Below are positions 57,101 to 64,000 of a stretch of 64,000 bases of DNA, in pieces; the stretch's first letter is position 1, and every line of letters begins with the position of its first letter. Source of the stretch: Marispirochaeta sp. (lineage in GTDB: Bacteria > Spirochaetota > Spirochaetia > JC444 > Marispirochaetaceae); assembly GCA_963676835.2 (NCBI GenBank), contig CAXXFF010000001.1, positions 480,001-544,000 of the forward strand, written 5' to 3'. The notes under the pieces were generated by a model. It did not search any database, was not told where the DNA came from, and saw only the letters and a list, made by a program, of their open reading frames with translations. A program made the translations under genes and the position numbers.

Positions 57101-59874
57101 AGCTGGGCTTCCCTTACCCGGATTTTTTCCTCATCCTGTTTTCGCCGGGTAATATCTGTAGATAAAACTAAAAGAGCATAGGGCTCTCCCCGGTCATCGC
57201 GAAGAAGCACTTTATTGGTCAGATAGGTATGGGGTGTACCGTCCGGATGAGGCGGCATCTGCCATTCAAAGCGGACATTTTCTCCACTTTCAATAATCTC
57301 CCGGTCCTTCTCCATTATAATACGGGCTGTTTCCTGAGGAAATATCTCGGCATCGGTGAACCCGAGAATCTTCTCCGACGAAAAACCGGTGGCTTGTTCA
57401 AAAAAGCTGTTGACCAGAAGATGCCGACCATCCAGGTCCTTGAGAACCACGGAACTGGGAAGGTTGTCGATAATTACCTGAAGCTGCTGCCGGCCGGCAC
57501 TGAGCTCTTCTTCAATCTTCTTCCGCTCCGTTATATCCTGATGGGAACCGTAGATTGAGGCGGGCGCTCCTTTTTCATTAAAACGAACATGGTAGCGCAC
57601 ATGGGAAATCTGAATTTCCCCGTCTGGAAGAACTACCCGATAGTCCAGCTCCCGTTCATAATCCTCATGTTCCTGATAAGCCTGGCCGATATTTTTTCTC
57701 AACAAGGCCCGGTCATCGGGATGACAAAAACGGCTCAGATACTTATCAACCGCTATTTCAGCGGATCCTTCTCCTTCAATACTGGTTCCAAGCAAATTCC
57801 ACAGCAGAGCGTCAAAAGTAAAGACCATGGAAGACAGATCGAGTTCAAAATAGCCAAGTTTGGATATCTTTGCTGTTTCGATTATGCGCTCTTCATTTCG
57901 TTTTACCGCAACCTCCATCTCCCGCCGCTGGGTGATATCTTCCCGTATGGCCACAAAATGGCTTATCTCTCCGTCGGGTTTTCGCACCGGGGCCAGGGTC
58001 ATAAACTCCCAGAAGGGTTCCCCGTTTTTTCTGTGGTTGCGAAACTCTCCATACCAGGGGTGACCGGCCTGGAGTTCCGCTTTCATAACCTTATAGTAGT
58101 GCTCCGAGATATCACCGTATTTCAGATAACCCGCATCCTGCCCAAGAACTTCAGCTTCTATATAGCCCGTAAGATCTGTGTAGGCAGGATTAACATATTC
58201 AATAGTACCGGTTGCATCGGTTATCATAACCGCCATTGGACTTGCAGCAATGGCCTCGGAAAGCTTGTGCAGCTCCGCCTCCGATTTATATCGCGCAGTT
58301 ACATCCTGAAAACTCCAAACCCGGCCTATTATCTCATTTCCCAGACGCTGGGGCCGGGAATAGCGGTGCAGAATCCTGCCGTCCTTCAGATGAAAAATCG
58401 AAGAGTCTTCTGCCGCCGGCTTGCTGTAGAGATCATTCACTGATTTTATGAATTCATCCTCACCAAGAACCTTTTTGATACAGGCACCCAGCAGCACTTT
58501 ATCCTCACCGCTTTTAGCAAGGGATTCATCTACCTGCCAAATCTCCAGAAAGCGACGGTTATAGGAGCTTATATTCTGGTTTAAATCGACAACAAGAATG
58601 CCGTCGGTGGTGGATTCAAGGGTGGCAGAAAGCCTGGATGTCCGTTCATCAATATTTGCAACCATTCTGTCCAGAGCCAGGGAAAGCTGACCGATTTCAT
58701 CCCGCCGTGCCAATGCTCTCCAGTGATGCCGCTCCCCCCGGGAGACGTCATCTGCCATGGCAATAATTTTTTTGAGGGGACGGGTAAAGGTGGTACCCAT
58801 AAATACCGCAAACAGAACAATACAGGCGGTAAGCATCATGGCCACCACCGCCGCCTGATTCAGCAGGGTAATAACCGGCTGCTCCACTTCAGCTTCATCA
58901 ATCTCCGCAATAATCGCCCAGGTTATTCCTCCGGGAAGGATAAGAGGAGAATAGCTGGTAAGCACCTTATTTCCTCTATAATCAATTATTATGCCGTCAC
59001 CGGAATTCCATTCCAATGCATTTCGAACAGCTTCCGTATCAACACCATTGACCTCAACTGTTCCGGCGAGGGAAGCCTGGACAGAATGGTTATCCGGATC
59101 AAGGTAGGAATCGGTTCTCATGAGCTTATCAGGCCCTACAAGGTAGGTCTCGGCGGTGCCCCCCATACCGGTACGTCCCTGCATAATGCGGTTAAGGCTC
59201 TCAAGATTCAGCTGAACCGCCAGGACAGCAAGTATCTCGCCATTCTCCGACAGAAGAGGAGTACCCATAAACATGGCGGGTACGTTTCCCGAAGGAAGAT
59301 ACAAAGCCATGTCGGACCAGGAAATTCCACCCGACTCTCTCACCGCCTTCCAGACTTTATGAAGACCGCTGTTTTGCATACTGCCCTGGCTTACATCATC
59401 TCCCGGATTTCCTTCCCTGGTTGCTGAATAGAGAAGATGTCCATGCTCCGGACAAAGAAGAAATGCGTTGTAGAAATCATAGGTACTGATAATATATTCA
59501 AGAAATTTTCCATTTTCCCGGTGAATAGTATAGTACTCATCAGACCGGTCAAGAGGTGTTTCCGATCCCAATTCATGGGTTTCAAGAAAGGTGCTTATTT
59601 TAATAAATGTATTGCGTACATCCGTACTGTTTGCCAGAGCTTTAAGATCGCGGGTACAATCCATGAAATAGTCAAGAACCTGTTCTCTTTTTATGGACTT
59701 TACGGCTTTAAGTTTATACAGGGCATCATCAAGCATGTAATTGTCCATCTTCATTAGAAGGACAGTTACAGCAATAAAGAGGGGAATTAACCCGGAAAAG
59801 AGAAAGGCTCCGATCAGCTTGGGCCTGATTTTGATATTCTTAAGTAAAAACCTTTCTATCCCCGACTTTTGCAT
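54139..59874 (-). CDS. Hybrid sensor histidine kinase: TM-Cache-TM-HAMP-6xPAS-HisKA-HATPase-REC-REC-Hpt
   Basis: YLVGPD Cache motif, [12 protein letters not shown], six PAS starts, [19 protein letters not shown], two MDLxMP receivers, AHTLKG Hpt. Confidence 0.92.
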   Translation of the reverse strand: MQKSGIERFLLKNIKIRPKLIGAFLFSGLIPLFIAVTVLLMKMDNYMLDDALYKLKAVKSIKREQVLDYFMDCTRDLKALANSTDVRNTFIKISTFLETHELGSETPLDRSDEYYTIHRENGKFLEYIISTYDFYNAFLLCPEHGHLLYSATREGNPGDDVSQGSMQNSGLHKVWKAVRESGGISWSDMALYLPSGNVPAMFMGTPLLSENGEILAVLAVQLNLESLNRIMQGRTGMGGTAETYLVGPDKLMRTDSYLDPDNHSVQASLAGTVEVNGVDTEAVRNALEWNSGDGIIIDYRGNKVLTSYSPLILPGGITWAIIAEIDEAEVEQPVITLLNQAAVVAMMLTACIVLFAVFMGTTFTRPLKKIIAMADDVSRGERHHWRALARRDEIGQLSLALDRMVANIDERTSRLSATLESTTDGILVVDLNQNISSYNRRFLEIWQVDESLAKSGEDKVLLGACIKKVLGEDEFIKSVNDLYSKPAAEDSSIFHLKDGRILHRYSRPQRLGNEIIGRVWSFQDVTARYKSEAELHKLSEAIAASPMAVMITDATGTIEYVNPAYTDLTGYIEAEVLGQDAGYLKYGDISEHYYKVMKAELQAGHPWYGEFRNHRKNGEPFWEFMTLAPVRKPDGEISHFVAIREDITQRREMEVAVKRNEERIIETAKISKLGYFELDLSSMVFTFDALLWNLLGTSIEGEGSAEIAVDKYLSRFCHPDDRALLRKNIGQAYQEHEDYERELDYRVVLPDGEIQISHVRYHVRFNEKGAPASIYGSHQDITERKKIEEELSAGRQQLQVIIDNLPSSVVLKDLDGRHLLVNSFFEQATGFSSEKILGFTDAEIFPQETARIIMEKDREIIESGENVRFEWQMPPHPDGTPHTYLTNKVLLRDDRGEPYALLVLSTDITRRKQDEEKIRVREAQLRIIVENSPIGIIHFNSEGTIINCNSIAADYLGAPMEKLLGFNAPRQIVDPEMRQTLTTALTGKNSKFEGEYISVTGGKKAFLRILFNPVHSGGYPYDVISTLEDITESKRAENEIKRARDQLEFILNNAPVGVAFTFNGIFRFTNHRFVEMFGLDIGDPAIKIYQNPEDRQEVIEKMHETGVLDNHEIKLIDINRDIRDYLITFLPITYEGEEGVLGWLQDITERKKGETALWEAKEAAEAANRIKSDFLANMSHEIRTPMNAIIGMSHLALKTELTHRQRDYLNKIDQSSKSLLNIINDILDFSKIEAGKLEIETVPFVFDDVLDNLAGMIGVKCNEKGLELKFDLAPDFPAYLIGDPLRLGQILLNLSSNAVKFTKEGDILVSAEILERDEESVLVRFSVRDTGIGMTPEQQDKLFQSFTQADTSTTRKYGGTGLGLAISKKLSELMGGEIGVISAPGEGSTFWVKLPFRLQSEQAGKDKKYATPGLDLKGLRVLIVDDDENSLGTMRNIIKEFGFEVTTATSAVDALEILEDSAGEKRIPLVLMDLRMPDMDGIEAAGIIKSNPELGKYTKVILVTGYGREEYMMLAEDIGIDAFLVKPVSPSVLFNTIMDVFGFDVAVRTPRRGADIVIPDNFDEVRGSRLLLVEDNEFNQQVATELLEGEGFVVSLARDGKEAVDAVLASAEGESFDLVLMDLQMPVMDGYTATELIREDVRFADLPIIAMTADAMSGVSEKVLKIGMNDYVTKPVDPEALYSVLYKWITPGKRVLPGEYIASLSGRNGAADSPDGSIPVLPGINVSSGIERTGGNIGRYKKLLRQFASNQGGAHVRIQEAINSGSMEEAVRIAHTLKGIAGTVGASELQEKARGLESLLKGDEQDQTAALLNEIGNILDTIVTEINNHLVEESPPDTAAETSPEDISDLAGDLKALLLGDDSRAGDVVEELVLRMKGTADAEVFLEIQKEIEDIEYEKALDLLNGYLQSK

Positions 59875-59986
59875 TCCCCGGCCTGTCTCTTCCCCTATAG
59901 CTATACGATTCCCCTTTAATTCTAATGGGGCCTGTGGGGAGAATGCAATTTATTTATTCAGGGACTTCTAAAAAAGAAATTAAAAA

Positions 59987-60448
59987 TCAGCGCTCAGCCT
60001 TTACTGCTGCGATCGCTTCCTGCACCAGGGCATCACAGCGTTCATTCTCGGGATGACCGGCATGCCCTTTAACCCAGGCCCAACTTACATTGAGTGAATC
60101 CCGGAGCTCCTTTAAGGGAACCCACAAATCCTTGTTTTTAACCGGCTGCTTCGAGGCCGTACGCCAGCCGTTACGGGACCAGTTTTCTATCCAGCTGCTT
60201 ATGCCGTTTTTTACATACTGGGAATCGGTGTGTACCGCTATCTTCAGCTCTTTCAACTCCGGTTTCGCTGAAACGAGGGTCAAAGCCTCTATAACCGCGG
60301 TAAGTTCCATACGGTTATTGGTGGTGGCAGCCTCTCCGCCCTTACCTTCAAGGGCCCCGTTTGCTGTCAGTAACCTGTAAGCCCAGCCGCCGGGTCCGGG
60401 GTTTCCCCAGCAGCCGCCGTCGGTGTAGATGTTTATATCGCTATCCAT
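59987..60448 (-). CDS. rnhA: Ribonuclease HI
   Basis: YTDGGC.GNPGPGG, TTNNRMEL, TDSQYV, WVKGHAG, NERCD; start at ATG 60448. Confidence 0.95.
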   Translation of the reverse strand: MDSDINIYTDGGCWGNPGPGGWAYRLLTANGALEGKGGEAATTNNRMELTAVIEALTLVSAKPELKELKIAVHTDSQYVKNGISSWIENWSRNGWRTASKQPVKNKDLWVPLKELRDSLNVSWAWVKGHAGHPENERCDALVQEAIAAVKAER

Positions 60449-60454
60449 GGGGCC

Positions 60455-60483
60455 ATAGTAGGCAAAAGCGGCTTCTCCTGCAA
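60455..60483 (-). promoter_or_regulatory. sigma70 promoter of rnhA, likely leaderless
   Basis: TTGCAG-17bp-TACTAT, 6 nt, then ATG. Confidence 0.65.
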
Positions 60484-60518
60484 GATCTTCCGTATTCAGG
60501 CCTACCGGATACATTCCG

Positions 60519-60547
60519 TTGACCCGCAGGCCCCTGGAGCCTATACT
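60519..60547 (+). promoter_or_regulatory. sigma70 promoter of the AAA ATPase-galM-MBL genes
   Basis: TTGACC-17bp-TATACT. Confidence 0.7.
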
Positions 60548-60583
60548 GGAGGCCTAAAGCGTCCGTGCCTTGGAACGGGAGGG

Positions 60584-62338
60584 GTGATGTCGGAACAGCT
60601 GATAGTTAAAAACCTGGATTTTATCAAGATTCTGCCCAGCTGGGCCCAGGAACTTTCCTATAAATATCTCTCAAAAACCACAAACCTTTACATAGCCCAC
60701 GGGAACATCCGGGACTTTCTACCCAACAAGATGATTGCGGGCGAATTCGTTTTTGTCCGTATTCAGGAGTTTATCTCCGAGGTCCTCTTCGGAAACCGGG
60801 ATATTGTCGCCTTTTACGACCGCTCCTCGGGTATCAATTTCTGTACCCCGGAGATGCAGAAAGAGTATCTGGATATAATGGAAGCCCAGTTTCCCGATAC
60901 AGACCGGAGGGATTTTATCTCCCTGGACCCCATGAAAGCCTTTGATTATCTGGAAAAATACTTTTTCATGAACCTTCCCCATAAGAAGAGGATTGTTCTG
61001 ATAATAGACTATGCGGAAACCCTTATTCCCAACACAGAACTGGCCCGGCTCTCCGATGAAGACCGTTACGCTCTGGTTACCCTCAATCGCTGGTCCCATG
61101 ATCCCATTTTCACCCAGGGGGATGTCTCCATAATCCTGCTTACGGAAAACCTGGCAGATCTCAGTCCAAGGATAGTCCGTTCTCCCCACACAGTTAAGGT
61201 ACATGTTCCCATTCCGGACGAAACCGTACGTGAACGCTTTCTTGAATTTCTGGACAGACAGGAAATTCTTCTCCTGGAAGGCCGCTTAACACCGAAAAGG
61301 GTGGCTAAGATCACCTCGGGACTGAATCTGCAGAACCTCAACCAGATTGCCGCCGAAAGTTACCAGGAAGACAAGGCAATAAGCCTTGAATACCTTACTG
61401 AGCGGAAGAAAGAGATTATCGAAAACGAAGCGGTGGGACTGCTTGAGTTTATTGAGAGTGAACACGACCTCTCCATGGTTTCCGGCCACGAGTTTGTAAA
61501 AAAGCGCTTTAAAAGTGCTGCCCGGGCAATCAAACAGGGCCGGCTGGATGTGCTTCCCATGGGTTATCTCATGGCCGGCCCGGTAGGAACGGGAAAAAGC
61601 TTTATGGTCACCGCTTTTACCTCGGAAATTGGCGTACCCATTGTACGCTTAAGGAATTTCAGAAGTAAATGGCAGGGAGAAACTGAAGCAAACCTGGAGA
61701 AGGTACTGAATATTCTGAAAGCCATGGCCCCGGTAGGGGTGATGATCGACGAGGCGGATGCATTTCTGGGCGACCGCAACCAGGAGGGTGATTCCGGCAC
61801 CAGTAACCGCATATTCGCCCAGATTGCCAGCTTTATGGGCAACACGGAATACCGGGGGCGCATTATCTGGTTCCTCATAACCTGCCGTCCCGACCTGCTC
61901 CCCATCGACCTCAAACGCCAGGGCCGTGCAGAAGAGCATCTGGCGATTTTCTACCCGGAAACAGTCACAGAAAAAGAGGAACTCTTTACCACCCTGGTCA
62001 AAAAACTGAAAATCAAACTGCAGAATTTCCCCGTTGCAGATCTTTTAAAACGTTTTCCCAATGAATACTCCGGTGCCGACCTGGAATCCATTCTAATCCG
62101 GGCAAAATTTAACGCTGCCATGGAAAATCATGTCATAATAACCCGTGAAGATTTAGAAAAGGCGATGCACGACTTTGTTCCTTCCAGTTATCCCCACGAG
62201 ATACGGCTTCAGAACCTTGTGGCGGTGCTTGAGTGTACAAGCAGAGAGATGGTTCCCAAACGGTTTCAGAATCTTGACCGATCCAAACTGGTGTCGGAAA
62301 TTCGGGACCTCAAGGAACTCCTGGGCGAAAAGGCCTGA
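60584..62338 (+). CDS. AAA+ ATPase (Ycf46/SpoVK-like; degenerate N-terminal and active C-terminal AAA module)
   Basis: GPVGTGKS, MIDEAD, LPIDLKRQGR, SGADLE; N-terminal IIDYAE pseudo-Walker B. Confidence 0.85.
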   Translation: MMSEQLIVKNLDFIKILPSWAQELSYKYLSKTTNLYIAHGNIRDFLPNKMIAGEFVFVRIQEFISEVLFGNRDIVAFYDRSSGINFCTPEMQKEYLDIMEAQFPDTDRRDFISLDPMKAFDYLEKYFFMNLPHKKRIVLIIDYAETLIPNTELARLSDEDRYALVTLNRWSHDPIFTQGDVSIILLTENLADLSPRIVRSPHTVKVHVPIPDETVRERFLEFLDRQEILLLEGRLTPKRVAKITSGLNLQNLNQIAAESYQEDKAISLEYLTERKKEIIENEAVGLLEFIESEHDLSMVSGHEFVKKRFKSAARAIKQGRLDVLPMGYLMAGPVGTGKSFMVTAFTSEIGVPIVRLRNFRSKWQGETEANLEKVLNILKAMAPVGVMIDEADAFLGDRNQEGDSGTSNRIFAQIASFMGNTEYRGRIIWFLITCRPDLLPIDLKRQGRAEEHLAIFYPETVTEKEELFTTLVKKLKIKLQNFPVADLLKRFPNEYSGADLESILIRAKFNAAMENHVIITREDLEKAMHDFVPSSYPHEIRLQNLVAVLECTSREMVPKRFQNLDRSKLVSEIRDLKELLGEKA

Positions 62339-62375
62339 TACATTGCCGGTATATCGCTTATAAAAAGGAGAAATA

Positions 62376-63419
62376 ATGAAACTTGAAAGAATACCCTACG
62401 GGACAACCGAAACCGGGGAAAAGATTGATGCATTCTCCGTGGATAACGGATCCGTCTCTTTTCAGGCACTCACCTGGGGTGCAACATTGAGTTCCGTTAA
62501 AAGTATTGACCGCGACGGCAACATGGAGGAACTCACCCTGGGCTTTGATGAGCTTTCCGGTTGGACAGGAAAGCATCCCCATTTCGGTGGTACCATAGGA
62601 CGCTTCGCCAACCGCATCGGCGGCGCAGCCTTTACCCTGGATGGAAAAACCTACCCCCTTCTGGCCAACAACGGCCCGAACCACCTGCACGGGGGAGCAC
62701 AGAACTTTGAGAAATTCGTGTGGGACGGTTTTCCCTTCCAGAACGACCGGGAAGCGGGGGTTAAATTCTCCCGCACCAGCAGTGCCGGCGAAGAAGGTTA
62801 TCCGGGAAATCTGGATATAACCGTGACCTTTTCCCTTTCCATAGATAATGAACTGTCCATCAGCTATGAGGCTGCCTGTGATGCCCCGACAGTAATCAAT
62901 ATGACCAACCACACCTACTGGAACCTTGACGGCTCCGGAGGGAAAACCGATGTACTGGACCATGAACTGGTACTTCATGCTGACAACTACCTGGAAGTGG
63001 ATGAAGGGGCCATTCCAACGGGAAAAATACTTTCGGTAAACGGTACCGCCTTCGATTTCACCAGCCGTAAAGCGGTGGGCAAAGATATTGCCGGTCCCGG
63101 CGGCTTTGACCATTGTTTTATTGTAAAGCAGACCGAAAAAGAGGAACCTTCTCTGGCCGCCGAGGTTTACTCACCGGCAAGCGGGCGGGTAATGAAGGTT
63201 TACGGAACACAGCCGGGGATTCAGTTTTATACCGGCAATTTTCTCAACGGTTCGGTAACCTGTAGAAATGGAATAAAAGCGGAAAAACATTCAGCCCTCT
63301 GCCTGGAAACAGAGGCTTTCCCCGATGCCCCCAATAAAACGGAATTCCCTTCGGCGGTACTCCGGCCCGGGGAACGGTATTTTGAGAAAACAGTCCACCA
63401 TTTTTCGGTGATCAGGTAA
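62376..63419 (+). CDS. galM: Aldose 1-epimerase (galactose mutarotase)
   Basis: GRFANRI, NHLHGG, NMTNHTYWNL, QFYTGNFL, LCLETE. Confidence 0.95.
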   Translation: MKLERIPYGTTETGEKIDAFSVDNGSVSFQALTWGATLSSVKSIDRDGNMEELTLGFDELSGWTGKHPHFGGTIGRFANRIGGAAFTLDGKTYPLLANNGPNHLHGGAQNFEKFVWDGFPFQNDREAGVKFSRTSSAGEEGYPGNLDITVTFSLSIDNELSISYEAACDAPTVINMTNHTYWNLDGSGGKTDVLDHELVLHADNYLEVDEGAIPTGKILSVNGTAFDFTSRKAVGKDIAGPGGFDHCFIVKQTEKEEPSLAAEVYSPASGRVMKVYGTQPGIQFYTGNFLNGSVTCRNGIKAEKHSALCLETEAFPDAPNKTEFPSAVLRPGERYFEKTVHHFSVIR

Positions 63420-63428
63420 GGAAAATTA

Positions 63429-64000
63429 ATGAAGATTGTTAAGCAGTCCGTAAAAGACGGACTTAAACTGACCAACGATGGAGAGCTGAGTTTATTCTGG
63501 CTGGGAGTGGGCAGTGCCTTCTCCAAGCTTCACTACCAGACCAATCTGCTGATTATCAAGGGTGACGACCATATTCTCATTGACTGCGGAACCAAGGCCC
63601 CCCAGGCCCTTTACGATCTGGGGGTGGCAACCACGGATATCCGCAACTTTCTCATTACCCACTCACATGCCGACCATATCGGCGGTCTGGAAGAGGTAAT
63701 GCTCCTGAACCGCTATGTTACCCGGCAGAAACCTACCATTGTAATTAACCCGACCTATCAGCACCTTCTATGGGACCTTTCTCTCAGAGGCGGAACGGCC
63801 TATAACGAGGAGAAAGGCGGGGCCGATCTAGCCTTCGGCGATCTGTGGGATATTATCCGCCCGGAATGGCTCCCCTCCTACCCCCGGGAAACCCACGAGG
63901 CAAATGTCGGGTCCATAAATCTCAAGATGTTCAGAACCATGCACATCCCGGACATGACGGGCAGCTGGCAGGGGTCGTTCTGGAGCTGCGGTGTCGTTAT
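63429..64000 (+). CDS. MBL-fold metallo-hydrolase (truncated by window edge)
   Basis: ATG 63429; LGVGSAF, LIDCG, ITHSHADHIGG. Confidence 0.85.
   Translation, partial: MKIVKQSVKDGLKLTNDGELSLFWLGVGSAFSKLHYQTNLLIIKGDDHILIDCGTKAPQALYDLGVATTDIRNFLITHSHADHIGGLEEVMLLNRYVTRQKPTIVINPTYQHLLWDLSLRGGTAYNEEKGGADLAFGDLWDIIRPEWLPSYPRETHEANVGSINLKMFRTMHIPDMTGSWQGSFWSCGVV

Noticed and set aside
54388..58443. 379-aa and 284-aa plus-strand ORFs
   Set aside because: Antisense to the hybrid kinase; no domain signatures
1..64000. CRISPR arrays, tRNA/rRNA genes, IS elements, integrases, defence systems
   Set aside because: None recognised by eye; intergenic gaps are short and lack regular repeat-spacer or cloverleaf patterns

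Overview
Chromosomal window from a Spirochaetia (Spirochaetales-like, probably free-living anaerobe) genome, judged from a P83/100 antigen homolog, a PyrB-PyrI fusion, stand-alone groES and Borrelia/Treponema-like murG-cvpA-holB-hk2-rrp2 gene order. Most of it is housekeeping: Mla-like ABC system, PBP1A, ppdK, lysC, pstSCAB-phoU-phoB, uvrB, htrA, rnhA, galM. The most interesting part is a ~11.5 kb minus-strand cluster (42276-53690). It encodes a BMP/nucleoside-type ABC importer, a RACo/ASKHA corrinoid activator, a pyrrolysine-free MtmB-family methyltransferase (Ile at the Pyl202 position), a corrinoid protein, DUF1638 and an MtaA/UroD-family enzyme fused to a CxxC thioredoxin-like domain. Both apparent transcription units carry the same ~50-nt riboswitch-like leader element. 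I infer a corrinoid-dependent demethylation system for a non-methylamine substrate, possibly an N-methylated nucleoside or purine. Other notable signals: a perfect sigma54 promoter before an RpoS-like sigma factor, a candidate C-rich-loop sRNA, a PstA with two inserted PstS-like lobes, a Cys-less DapF, a JAB-DinG fusion and three likely leaderless genes. No rRNA, tRNA, CRISPR array, integrase or transposase was recognised. All family calls are from motif recognition by eye; no database searches were run.
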